NCBI GenBank assembly: GCA_905178155.1
Contig: CAJINV010000015.1
Coordinates: 1,734,423 to 1,798,422 of the forward strand
Direction: 5' to 3'
DNA from: Amoebophrya sp. A120
Lineage: Eukaryota; Protista; Dinoflagellata
Length of the DNA: 64,000 bases
Part shown: positions 1-12,200 of the stretch, in pieces
How positions within the stretch are numbered: position 1 is the first letter of the stretch
How the letters are laid out: every line of letters begins with the position of its first letter
The notes under the pieces: model-generated
Told to the model about the DNA's origin: nothing
The model's input: the letters and a program-made list of their open reading frames with translations, nothing else
Database searches by the model: none
Made by a program: the position numbers and the translations under genes

Positions 1-90
1 ATGCCTGTCATGGGGTTGTGCATCACAAATGTTGCTGTCATGGCAAATCTGCATGACAACTCTGGGGTGGGGACGTTTTTACAAATGATA
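1..90. mobile_element. Introner family C, right end only
   Basis: Right TIR ctctggggtggggacgtttttacaaatgata plus gcatcacaa/gcatgacaa motifs. Confidence 0.8.
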
Positions 91-141
91 GAGACTGGCG
101 AAAAATTATGGGCAGATGAGTACGACGAGAGCAGGGTTTAA
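91..141 (+). CDS. Last exon of a gene starting upstream of the window (ETGEKLWADEYDESRV*)
   Basis: Open frame from immediately after the right TIR of a family-C element (ends at 90) to TAA at 139-141. Frame is inferred. Confidence 0.5.
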   Translation, partial: ETGEKLWADEYDESRV

Positions 142-1017
142 CACAATAGATACTTATCATCTGAAGGTCTTTTTGTGCTGATGTCCATTCGAAATGCAAG
201 GGGAAATCAGTGCAGTATTGAAAAACTGCAAGAGAAGATATACTGTCAGAAAGTGCGACTGATTTTTGCGCTCCCTCTGGGAGCTCGCCGCGTAGCAAAA
301 TCGGACCGTGGAGGTCAGAGCAACCTACAGGTTGATGCTCAGCATGCTTGCACAAAGAAAATAGAAAGAGAAAGAAGTGACACGATATCAGAATGAAATC
401 TAGTTGTGAAGCAAGCGAGGCATTATCAGACAAGAGTCCTTTTTGTCTTTTAAAATTGAAAGAATTGCTCCGACGAGAAGAAGAGAACTATGTTTTTAGC
501 GAACTGCATTTCTTTTAACGAACTACATATACATTTCTAAGCAAGTAATTGACTTGTACGACAGAGGTTAGATCGGACTAACTTTATCGAGGCGACAACT
601 GTAGTTACTTAATTTAGAAAGGCCACTTGTTATGCATTTGCACATAGCTGATCTCTGTTTCGTTATCTACTCATAAAAATGTACTTGTGATCCAATAAAC
701 CATGCACTTGATGAAGATGCACAAGCAGGACAACCATTGGGTCCGTATTTCTTGTGCCCCGCGGACCTGTCGTGGTCAGTCTCAGTATATTCTCATCATG
801 ATGTTCATCAGAATTCTAATTGGGTGGCTCCTGATGTCGTGAATGTGCTGAGTGAGTGGGCTCTGACATTGTTGAAGCGGAGATTACTGTCAACTTTCTT
901 GAAGAAGTAAATAGATATCTACTGTAGTAGTTGCACCTCCGCGTTGTAGTATTCGCTCGGGGTCTAGTATCTATCTTCGGTATCGGTAACGGTATGAAAA
1001 GTGAGTGCGCACGAACA

Positions 1018-1101
1018 ATGCGTGGTATAAAATATTCTACTGCTCGTGCGTGTATAAAATATTCTAAGCGAATGCGTGGTATAAAATATTCTACTGCTCG
1101 T
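1018..1101. repeat. Three-copy tandem repeat, core gcgtg(g)tataaaatattcta
   Basis: Copies at about 1018, 1048 and 1072. The first and third are identical over about 30 bp. Confidence 0.85.
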
Positions 1102-1760
1102 CTGTCACCAACACCAACACCTATCCAAGTCGGTTTTTTTTCAAACCTGCAAACATGCCACACCGGGGTCACCGGGAGGTCGTGACCACGACGAACAGAA
1201 CTATAATCCGTCTGACAAGCTGCGAGTCGGTGAGTTTTTTCCATGACCATGCCTCGGATTTGTGAGTGTCTGTGATGCAGAAGTCCTAGTCCTCGACCTC
1301 GACGACATTATTTTCAGCTATCTTCTTCGAACGCAGAAGTCTCAAACCGAAACCGCACACTCGAGTTTATACGGGTCAACTGTTAGAAGTATCATCAAAA
1401 ATCATTACAGGGTGAGTTGTTAACGATTGGCACAAAGAAGTAAGTACTTTCTACCCACCCTTTTCCACCAAGTGAAACAGCTCTATCTGTAACTACATCC
1501 CACCTACCACGAGTGCTCAAACTACACGACCCAAATAGTTGTTGTAGAGAGGTGAAGTAAAGTCTTGTTCTTACAGGCTACAGTAGAAGTTTCTATTGCA
1601 GCAAGAATTTCATTTCAAATTTTTCCACACATACGTAGGAGGAGGAGCCAAAGGCTATAGCAATAAAACTGTAAGAAAGAGAGCAAAGTTTACAGTTGTT
1701 ATTCAAGTGTTTTTTTCACAGATTCTTGCTTATTGGAGGACACCCCAAGAAACCGGCAAG

Positions 1761-4700
1761 ATGACGACCATCCAAGAGAAGTATGAGCGGCCTTTGATGT
1801 CGTGCATGACGCAGACTCTGCCGGAGCTGAAGGAGGCTGAAAAGACGTGCAAGGTGCCGAAGACCGATGTGGCAAACATTAAGGCCCTGATTGAGCACGA
1901 CAACCACCACAACAGGCGCAAGATTGAGAGCCTGATCGGAAGAGGTAGACTATGATTCTAATTGAGCAAAACCAAAAGCAAAAGCATCGCAGTACTCGTA
2001 GTATGAATTGCATTACAAATAATTGGCTCAGCAGATGAAATTTGTAATGCGGAGTTACTTACCGTAAGATTAAGAGCGAGATTTCGATTTGTGATGCCTA
2101 ACACGCTTCTACCTAAAAATCATAAAAACAGAAACCTGCTTCCGTCCGTACTTCAACACCACGCTCGACGAGCAGCGCGAGCATGCGCTCCGCCGTTTGC
2201 AGGCCTTCTGTAAGGACAACATTATCAAATGCAAATATGTCTGGGTCTGGAAGATTGCAACTTGTGATGCTGTCTCTGCATGCTAAAAAAAATCTGTATT
2301 GCATGACCAGCAAGAGGGGTCCTGTCCAGTTTGTGCTACATGGAGAGGGTATTTCTAATGCGGGATAGGCATCAGAAAGCCCGCTAAAAATATGTGCTGC
2401 CAGGTTATGCATTACAGACGTGGAGGTCATATTACGTCATGTAAAATCTGCATGACAAGTCTGGCACTCTTCCAGACCCAGACATTTTTGCACTTGATAA
2501 ACATCATCCGAGTACAGGACTTTGAGGAAAACCCCATGAACATCTTCATGGCCCACGAGACCTTTGCGCAGGTCGACGGTTCTTTTGCGACGAAGATGAC
2601 GGTGCAGTTCAACCTGTGGGGCGGCACCGTGTACCGGTTAGGATCGGAAGAGCAGCGGCAGATGTTCGCCAACAAAACCAACAGCTCGGAAGTGGTTGGC
2701 TGCTTCGGACTGTCTGAACTCGGCTACGGAAACAACGCAGTGGAGATGGAAACCATATGCATTGCAAAAGTATAAATCGTACTAATACAGCAAATTGCAT
2801 GACAAATTTTCCCTGCATGAAAAATGGAGTTCTTTGTCATGCTGCTTTATCACCTAAGAATAGAAAGGACAAGGAAATTTGTCATGCCTATCCGGGGGCG
2901 CAACGCCAACGAGTTGTATACGAGTGCGATATAATTACTTTTGCACTCGATAGACCACCGCGACCTACGATCACTCGGACGACACGTTCGTGATTCATTC
3001 GCCCTCGGTTCTCTCGCAGAAGTACTGGATCACCAACGGCGCCTGCCACGCCCACTACTGCGTCGTCTTTGCGCAGTTGATCATTGACGGCAAGCGCCAG
3101 GGCGTGCACGGATTCATCACGCAGATCCGGGATTTGCAGACGCTGAAGCCTATGCCAGGTTGCAGGGTGGAGGATATGGGCCAGAAGGTCGGGCTGAACG
3201 GAATCGACAACGCCAAAATTTTGTATAGAGTTTTACATTTACTACTTTGGAGTTTGAAAGAGGCTGTTTCTGAGGAAGATCATGTTGCTTCTTTTCGTTT
3301 TCCTTTGTCATGCACAAACGCGCATCACGACCGGGTTCTGTAATGTTAAAAATGCACGAAAACCCCTTTAGAGTATTGAACAACCCATCTTCACAGGTTC
3401 GAGAACGTGAAGGTCCCCCGCACGCACATGCTTTCCTCCTACGCCTGCGTCGAAAAGGGCGGGGAATACAAGTGGAAGATCGGCAAGCTGCCCGGTCTCC
3501 GCGATCGGTTTCTCCGGTTGGCGGACCAACTGCTGTCCGGCCGCTTGTGCATCTCGTCCATGATGCTGGGTGCGACGAAGGTGGTGTTAACCATTTCCAA
3601 CCGCTACATGCTGACCCGACACGGCGTCGGCCCGAGCGGAAAGTCCGATACCCCGATTTTGGACTATCAGCTGTGCCAGCACGAGGTGTTCCCATTAGTC
3701 GCGCGGATGTACGTATCCCAAGAAGAGAAAACTGTGTCACTGTAAACTTGATGCACGACGAGAGATGGAGATCGCAAGACAGAAGTTATGTTTCTCATGC
3801 TACACACCCCGCAAGACCACAGTGCATTTGTAGGCGTCTTTTATTGCCTTAGGAAGCACGCATGGAAAATCCAAATTTTCCTTGTCATGTAGAACGAACT
3901 TGTGATGCAAAACTTGCAAAATCCTTTACAGTGAAGCACTTTTTTCGTACGATAGTACGCGACCCAATTTTACCACAACTACGTGAAGCGGCGATACGCG
4001 GAGAGGACAAAGTTGGGCATGAACCCGAACACAGACCCAGCGGAGCTATCCAAGGTCCACATGGAGCTGGTAATCCTCTGCTCGTCGGTCATATGCAATA
4101 CAAATTTCCTGTACATGCACAAGATGCATTACAAATGTCACGAACTTGGAGCATGCCACTTGTCATGCTGAATGGAATTGAAAGAAAGTTTTGTCATGCA
4201 GAAACCGCATTTGTACATGTACAGGAAATTTACTGTGGATAGGTCAAGCCCATCGCGGCGTGGTTGTGCGATAAGTCCGTAATCACCTGTATCCTGGGTA
4301 AAAACGTACCCACACCAGAGTTGTAATGCAGATTTGCAAAGACAGGAAGACTTGTAATGCGCATCACCATGAGAGCCATTTCCAATCGTGTTTTGGAATT
4401 TGTGATGCTGTAAACAGGATTAGAAGGTCGATTTGTGATGCGGCTTTGCTTGCTAACTTGCACTACCTTACGGACTGAAACTTGTCATGCGTGACTCCTA
4501 AAACTCCTAGGCTTGTGTTGCAAAGTCCCCATCTTGACTCTGGTGTGGGGACGTTTTTAATCAGGATCACCTGCCGCGAGCGGGTCGGCGGTGTGGGCTT
4601 CTTGGACGCGAACGGATTTGGCGGCATGTTCGCGCACGCTGGTAATCTATTGAGTGCTTCACGACCATCTTCTACACGATTATAATTCAGTGATCTTGAC

Positions 4701-7124
4701 GCAGCTGGTGATTTTGTTCCCATCGTTTATTTTGTGATACAGCATGCTTACACATGATAGTGATAGTGATACACATTAAGATCATCAATGCCCATGATCG
4801 CTACACCCTGAACAACTAAACCGGAATAAAATGAATAAAAGGTATCACGGCCGAGGGTGATGCGCGCGTCCTGTGCGCGAAGGTAACCAAAGAATTAATG
4901 GAGATTCTGCAGAAGGGCACCTACACTAATTCCCTGAAGCCCATCGTTTCTACCGCGGAATACAACGTCCCCTGGAAGAACGCCGTGCAGATCGTGGCGG
5001 GCGAAGATGAAACCAAGATTGTGGCCTTCTGCCAGGAATTGGAAAAGCTGTTCGCGAAGAGGGTCCAGAACGCGTATCACACAGAAACAAGCAGGCAGGT
5101 CATATTTATTTGTAATGCAAAAATAAATACCCAGAAAAATCTCTCATGGGCGGCCCCATAGCATGCTGTTTTTTAGGATACGCAATACAGATTTTTTGTG
5201 TATTTATTTTTGCATCACAAATGTGGCCTGCCGGCTTTTTTCTGTGTGATAACGTGGCTGATATGTTCAAGAACAAGTTGACCGAATTCATGATGAAGGG
5301 AGACAAGGCGTTCAGGTATAGGTTGGTAATGCAACTGGAGTGAAGATTTTTCATAATTTAAATTTTTCCGACAATTACGATACGCCCTGTGGTCTTTGTT
5401 TGTCATGCGTGACTTGTCAAACAAAATCGAAAATCCCAAAAACAGGTACAAGATCTACGACGCGAATCTGAAGGAATTTTCCGATGAGATCCAATATGAA
5501 CTGCAAAAGTATCGTACTAGTACAAATCGCAATACAAGTTGGCTCAGCATTACAAATTGAATTTGTAATGCGGATTTACCTAACCAACTAGATTTGTAAT
5601 GCATAACTGCGATTACTACGAGTGCGATACTTTTGCACAGGATATCCAACTCGTCGCCGCAACTTATGGCCAGTGGGAGTCGCTCCGCGCGTTCAACAAG
5701 GTGATCTGCTCCGCGGGCACAGATCCCGATCTTTTGCACAACACGCAGACGTATCAAATGCAAAAATGTCTGGGTCTGGAAGACTGCGAGACTTGTCATG
5801 CTTGTCTGGGATGACCAAAAAGTCTGTGATGCGTGTCCAAGAAGAGACCCTTTTGCCTGTCATGCAAAAACGCAGGCTGTCATGCGAAAAACACAACACA
5901 AAGAAGCGCAGATATTTCTTATGCTTGGCTGTGCATTACAGAGCATTCCCTAACCCTATTCGCAACGCAGCATCACAAGTTTCCAGACCCAGACGCTTTT
6001 GCATTTGATAAGACGCAGGTAGCCACCCTCTCCCCCACCGCGGTGAACATGTTGGGCCGGTTGGCGATCCTGTACGCGATATCCTGAGTAAAAATGTACC
6101 TACACCAGAGTAGTTGTAATGCAGATTTGCAAAGACAGGAAGACTTGTAATGCGCATCCCCATGAGAGCCATTTCCAATCGTGTTTTGGAATTTGTGATG
6201 CTGTGAACAGGATGAGCAGATGAATCTGTGATGCGGCTGCACTTGCTAACCTGCACTGCAATGCATAGCGCAACTTGTCACGCGTGACTCACAAAACTCC
6301 TAGGTTTGTGTTGCAAAATCCCCATCCTGACTCTGGTGTGGGTACGTTTTTCCTCAGGATACGCGACGGACATCTTGATGGAGGATTCCATGTATGCGGT
6401 CGAGTTGAAGATTCTGAACCCGGAGACCGTATCAAGAAGAAAAATCCCCCCTTACCATATCAAAACGAAAATCTGTGATGCAGATTTGTGGTCACAAATC
6501 AGCTTTGTCATGCTAGAAGGGAAAAGATGGATGCGGACTGTAGTGCTGCGTGGCGCTGGAAAGCCTTGCATCTTCAGCATGACAGGACGCAGCTGGAAGT
6601 GGGAAACAGCATGACAAATTGCCTGTGCCAAACGAGGCCACGACTGCGGCTCTTAGCCTTCTAGAATTACAAGTCGACGACTTCTTGTGTAAGTACTCAA
6701 ATATTACAGCATCACAAATTTCGTTGTCGATATGGGGAGCGAGGGGGATTTTTCCTTTTGATAGACCGAGCTCCCGTTTCTCCGCCCCCTGAAGGCGCAG
6801 CTGTGCAAGTGCCTGCGACCCGAAATCGTCTCGGTCATCAACTTATGAACTGCAAAAGTGACGTACTAGTATGAATCGCATGACAAATTTCCTTAGCATG
6901 AGAACTGAAATTTGCAATGCGGGTTTAACGTGAAAAAAAAATTTGCAATGCATGAATGCGATTACTAAGTACGAGTGCGATACTTTTGCAATGCATACAA
7001 CGGGTTTGGAATCCACGACGACGTCATTTGGCGCCCCATCGGCAAGGACTGGAAGACGTTTAACAAGGGGGATAACTTCGGCGAAGTGGTGGATACGGGA
7101 CGGTATTTGACAAACCAGTCGTAA
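1761..7124 (+). CDS. ACOX: Acyl-CoA oxidase (acyl-CoA oxidase/dehydrogenase fold); 11 introner introns plus 4 GT-AG introns (1945-2131, 3223-3396, 4642-4841, 5316-5445)
   Basis: Manual splicing gives a continuous frame with family motifs: VQFNLWGGTV, GCFGLSELGYGNN, ETTATYD...FVIHSPS...QKYWITNG, DMGQKVGLNGIDNA, ILDYQLCQ, CRERVGGVGF, ITAEGDARVL, INGFGI. Stop is TAA at 7122-7124. Confidence 0.9.
1951..2124. mobile_element. Decayed family-B introner inside GT-AG intron 1945-2131
   Basis: tatgatt...aatcata ends, aaaagcatcgcagtactcgtag TIR remnant, ttgtaatgc/ttgtgatgc motifs. Confidence 0.6.
2223..2499. mobile_element. Introner family A
   Basis: TIR tatcaaatgcaaatatgtctgggtctggaaga; DR aacat/aacat. 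Confidence 0.92.
2756..2952. mobile_element. Introner family B
   Basis: TIR tat....tgcaaaagta..tcgtact; DR aacca/gacca. Confidence 0.88.
3714..3954. mobile_element. Introner family G
   Basis: tatcccaagaagagaaaac...cactgtaaa / tttacagtg...gata; DR gtacg/gtacg. Confidence 0.85.
4092..4241. mobile_element. Introner family M
   Basis: TIR core aaatttcctgtacatg / catgtacaggaaattt; DR ggtca/ggtca. Confidence 0.88.
4290..4568. mobile_element. Introner family C
   Basis: TIR tatcctgggtaaaaacgtacccacaccagag; DR acctg/acctg; terminal ATA changed to ATC. Confidence 0.9.
5075..5251. mobile_element. Introner family N
   Basis: TIR tatcacacagaaa..agc.ggcagg; DR acgcg/acgtg. Confidence 0.88.
5495..5644. 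mobile_element. Introner family B
   Basis: TIRs intact; DR tccaa/tccaa. Confidence 0.92.
5752..6010. mobile_element. Introner family A
   Basis: TIRs intact; DR agacg/agacg. Confidence 0.92.
6080..6361. mobile_element. Introner family C
   Basis: Highly similar to 4290-4568 and 49456-49737; DR cgcga/cgcga. Confidence 0.93.
6430..6763. mobile_element. Introner family D
   Basis: tatcaagaagaaaaatccccc...ccatatc / gatatgggg...ggggatttttccttttgata; DR gaccg/gaccg. Confidence 0.9.
6844..6997. mobile_element. Introner family B
   Basis: TIRs intact; DR caact/caacg. Confidence 0.9.
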
Positions 7125-9258
7125 GGACAAGGAGAAGGAGGGATCTTATTTTCATCTTCGGGGGTTGTGACATTGAAACTCAAACTTTGAAAACGAAGAG
7201 AAAGGGATTCTCTTTGCTAATCTTCGCCAATCAATGCTCAGTTTTTACTACATTTTTCAACTTTTTATCGCCACAAGTTTGTGGTCAGAGGACACGAAAT
7301 TCTCTGGAGTAGTACTCTTGAAGAGTGAATACTTCGTGAATTATATTCTATCCCATTTGTTCGTTATTTTCACACCAGCAATAAAGGACAAGACTTAAGG
7401 TCAATATACTCTTGATAATACGCATAAGTTACAACTACCGCAAAGTAGCTGCACAGCCGCGTACTAGTAACAGACTAGTGCGATCGCTGTGGAAGTGCAG
7501 ACGAACAAAAAAAAGTCACACCCAGGTGGTCGTAGATCAATTACTACCCTGTATGCAGAAGGCCGTGCTTGCTCGTAGAAACGACTTTTGACAACAACGA
7601 CACGTCGTCCCCGCAAGAAGATGAAAGAACTGCATAGTTCGCGACGTACAGTCCAAGTTTTGCGAGCAACGGAAGTGGTCCTTTTTTTCCATATCTCGAA
7701 AACGATCTTCGAGTACTCAAGAAAGGTACCCGTGTAGAATAGCTCCCTGATAGAATGGCAGAAATATTTTTGTCGTCACCTCCACCACGGCCCGTGACTT
7801 ATTATTTCCGTTCTTTTTCCTTAACAAGATCACGATCAGTCAGCTGTTTTTCGTTTAAGAACCTCCCGCACGACAAGTTGTGACATGGTCCATTTCATCC
7901 TGAGCGTATTTGTATTGCAATTTTATTTTCACACGAACAACAACAATTTTCCGAATTTCCATTTCACAGCACAATAAATTCTTTGTATCAACGGTAAAGA
8001 TATCTGACGATATGATAGATAATTTTCAGCAGCATTCGTATGGATGCCTGGGGGTTGCAATATGGAAAAACTTTTGCACGGTGTGGTTGCTCAACACCCG
8101 TAAAAAGAACGCCATGTTAGAAAAAGGAACCACGAGGTGAACGTCGACGTTGCCATGCGTTTATTTCAAAGGGAAAAAGGTAAAACCGGACAAATCATAA
8201 TTACAATGGGAAGCTGCATGGACAGAAATATGAATATGGGAATAAGCGAAATCTTCATGTATCTAAGTCCCATGAAGGAACATCAAAGGCAAGACAAGGA
8301 GAAACATAAAAAGAGAAAATCCCGATGAGAAATGAACCACTCGCACGATACGCGTATGCAGACAAGACTTTTATTTCAGTGGAGCATTTAACAATCAGAA
8401 TCATATGAAGGGTGAAAGCTTTCACTCTCAAGGTCTCTGCAGTTCGTACTTCCAGTTGGAGCACGGTGTGAACGACGAGCAGGTGGTGCCTATGGAGCAG
8501 GTCCTCGTGGCGATTGGTTCTTTCTCCTGCACAACAGATGAATAAGAGCTCGGTCTATCATGCTTCTCTTCCGAAAAGTGTTTGTCGAGTTACGTACTTG
8601 ATGCAAGAACGTCTCGTATTCGTGGTTTAGTCGACAACTTCGGTACTAGCGATCATACCATGTAGCAGATATTTACAACTCAATGTCCTCGGTATTTGAG
8701 CTATTTTATGTCGTCCAAAGCACTTCGGTGTCATTCTTCGTGCTCGTGCAAATGACCACTTCTTCGAGGAAGAGTCAGATTGTCGTACTGGTTCGGTTCA
8801 GGCCGCGGTCTTTGTATCTTCGTTGTCGTTCATCTTCAGACGTGGAGACAGTAGTGAGCTCAGCACATCGTTTTTGTCTTGTTTGGTCTAGTGAAAAACA
8901 TTCAAGATTGTCGTGCTTCTTGTTTTCTCTTGTGACAGCGAATCTTCTAGAAACTAGAGGTTTATCACCCCTCCCTACTAGTTTAAACAAAAATGCACCG
9001 CATAAAAAAAAATCTGCTGTATGAGCAGTGCAAGTCTTTCTTTCTATAACGCCATCTTTTTGTTGTTGTTCTTTTTTCTGCCTAAGTAAGTAGAAAGCAA
9101 GAGCCCTCTGAATAGTCAAGAACATCTCTTCTGTAGCAGCTGCAAGAGCAAGCAAAACCAAAACTACGATCATAGTTTTCAAGGCCAACCAAGCCGCGGG
9201 TCGAGCGAACCAGTGCAGAAGAGCGTCGAAGTAGTGGAAAGACCCACGAAGAGGAATT

Positions 9259-12200
9259 ATGGAGAGCTGCGAGGAATTTTCTCGCGAAATGATCCGGCGA
9301 CGGGAAAAGCACGGGGCACGACGAGTTTCTGCAAAACGCGTCTCGTCGTGCCTGCAATCGCAGGGGCAGCTTTCGCGGGTTTGTGTGCTTCCTTCGTGCG
9401 GCGCTGGCGCCCGCAGCAGACTTCTGACACTGCTTTCCCACGTTTTTCTCTTCCTTCTTGCAAATCACCATCTACGCCACCTCCTCGTCGCAGCGGAGCG
9501 TCCGGGTTTTCTGGCGCAGACCCCCAAGCCGGACCCGGGCAAAGAAAACGACCGTGGGGGCGGGGTCGCCCTGCAACGGGCCATCATCGAATGGGACAAC
9601 TACCTCTTCGACACTGCTAGTAGCATGCTGCAGGAACTCTATTCAAAAACGAAAGAACAAGTCGTGGCGGTGGGGATGAAGTGGACGGCGGCGGAGGAGG
9701 AAGCCGAAGCCGGAAGCGCCAATGGAAGCGCGTCGTCTTCATCAATCAAGCGCAAGCACCCGGATGGGAGAAAGAGATGGGAACAACAAAGCAAGGTGGA
9801 AAAACATCAGGGGGCGAATGACGAGGATTTCATACCGGCAGAAAACGAATTCCTTGACGAACAAGAAGATGAAGATGCTAGTAAAAGCCAAAGCTCCGCT
9901 GTTGAAAAGAAGAAGAAGAAGAAGTTTCTGGACGAGAAAAAAAGCCAAGCCGAAGCGCAACAACGAGGCACGACTGGTTTGGGCCAACATGAAGACCCAA
10001 AAAGACGATCATCGCGAGCAGGAGGCGGTCGCGGCGGAAAAAATGACTTCTTGGGCGAGGAAGAAGAGCCCGACTTTGATTCGAAGCCGGGTACGGGTAG
10101 TTCATCGGGACTGCAAAAAAACAACGCAGTGCCGCATCTTCCTCTGGGTGAACAAGGTAGAACACGACGCGAAGGTCCGCCTCCGCCGGAGGACAAGTTG
10201 GCCGCGGGTGCGACAACCTCTTCTGATCAAGTCCCTGCTCATGAGGTAGCTCCAGTCCGAGACGAAACCGACGAACAGAACGGCGATTCAGCTGCGCAGT
10301 CGGCGTTGCAGGTAAAGACAGGAGCGAAGGCTTGTGATGAGGTAAAAAACCAAGACGAGAACAAGCCCGAAGCATCTGCATTGCAGAACATGAAGGACGA
10401 GATCAAAACCTCCAAAAGCACTACTTCTCCACAACAAGCTGCAGTATTAACGCCGAGACCAACAGCAGGAGCTGGTCGTGGAGGAGGAGGAGAAAAGGCG
10501 GAAACGTCTACCGATGACGTACATCAGCCTTTGTCCACCGGCGGCGGTAAAAATGGAGGGGAGCAGCAGGAAGTAAGAGTGCAGCAGAAACAGACACAGA
10601 CGGACACAACGAGTGCAATTCCGTCCGTCGTCTTTCCATCCACTTCGACGGCGTCGCCTGGCGCACACGAAGATTCATTGGATCATCATCCTCAAGGAAG
10701 AACAGGAGCAACTGCAGTGAATAAAACTAGGACGTCGAACAATGCGAACGATGTCGATGCTGTCTCAGAGCTAGAGCAGGGGCAGGGACACCTCCCGGGG
10801 AAGACAGTTGTAAACACGACAAGAGTTTCTGTTTTTCTCGTCTCCTCAAGTACAACGACGACAACGACGACTATTGATCCTCTGACCACCACCACAGCTC
10901 CCTTCCAAGACAGTTTGCTCGACGCCCCTTCTATCGCAGAGCCTCCCATGATGTTGCCGTCTGGTGAAAGTGCTGGAAGTGATGGGCGCGCGACCTCGAC
11001 GGCGTTAGTGGTGTGGACTCCTTCACCAAAAATGTCGACCACTTCGACATCAACGTCCACTTGGTCTTCGTCTTCAAGCAGCCCGGTCGCAGAGTGGGCC
11101 ATGGAGCAGCTGAAAGCGGCCTTGATGTCGGACGATGATGTAGCGGGTAAGATGGCGCCGGGCCAGCATCAGGAGCACGAGAAGAAATCTCCAGGGGCAC
11201 GACTAAGAACAGCCAAAAATAATGCTACGGAGGAACCAGCTGAAGAGTTTTTGCAGCTCAAGCTCGCGGGAGAGCCAGTGACAGGGTTTCCTGTATCAGA
11301 TCCGATAGAAGTTAGCGAACTACCTAAAGGAGAAGGCACAACTGGGAGCAAAAAATACGATGTGTTTGTGCTTTCGGCAGCTGAGACCATTCTCGACCCG
11401 CTCGCGATGCCCTCGACGTGGAACCTAATGGTGCACCAAGTACCGCTTCCCGCTGCGCTAAAGAGAGAGCCGGAAAATGTTCCGCCTGATGTGTACGACC
11501 CATTGTTTTTTACGAAGGAAATGGAAACTCGTGCAGAAACCCCGCCGGAGTGGTTTCAATTGTCAATCCCGGCTCTTGATGCGACCGGGACAGCTAAGAC
11601 AGCTGGCGGCGGAGAAGGTGGAAGTTTAGTGCTTGCAGATGGAGGCGATCATGGAGTTGGTGAGCCTGAAAATCTCGACCAAGCAATTTCGGCAGCGTGG
11701 GACCTAGAATTTTTCCTGAACTACAAGAACAAAAAGGAACACACGCGGCCAACAGAATCTCGTGGAATGTTGTGCGAGCAGTACATCGCCGGGTCCGATG
11801 ATACGTACGGAGGCAAGAACTGCCTGCGAGGTTCAGACTCAGAGGATGAAGAAGGTGGAACTCCTACGACGTCTTGCCGTGTGATTTTGGCACTGCATGT
11901 CCCAAAGGAAAACAAATGTCAGCCAGTTTTTTTCGTGCGAGAGGTTGTCTCTGAAGATTCGTCGAAGCCATCAACATCATTGGCGCGAAGGCATCCCCTC
12001 AGCGTTCTTTCCACTAGTCAGGGGGCGACTGCACTCTACAAGGGTAGCGACGAGGACAAGTACAGGACTGCGGAGATCTTAACACAGCAGGCCTCTAAGA
12101 TTCTTGCGGAGCAATCCTTGGGAAGCTGGCTGCTTCGACAGGTCACGGTGCAGAAGCTATTGTCTGCGTTTTCCTTGGTGAAATCGTCCGCGGCTTTTCT

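Noticed and set aside
2218-2504. Interpretation of the elements as ciliate-style DNA-eliminated IESs (TA-bounded)
   Set aside because: The standard genetic code, a 5-bp variable TSD and intermediates towards GT-AG introns favour RNA splicing. DNA-level excision cannot be formally excluded from sequence alone.
2223-6997. Repeats alternating with unique spacers, superficially CRISPR-like
   Set aside because: The repeats are inverted pairs from different families and the spacers are exons of a eukaryotic enzyme. There are no cas genes.
8775-9188. Minus-strand ORF with a signal-peptide-like start (MIVVLVLLALAAA)
   Set aside because: It lies antisense to the putative 5'UTR of the 9259 gene, and the homologous DNA upstream of the paralog does not preserve it.
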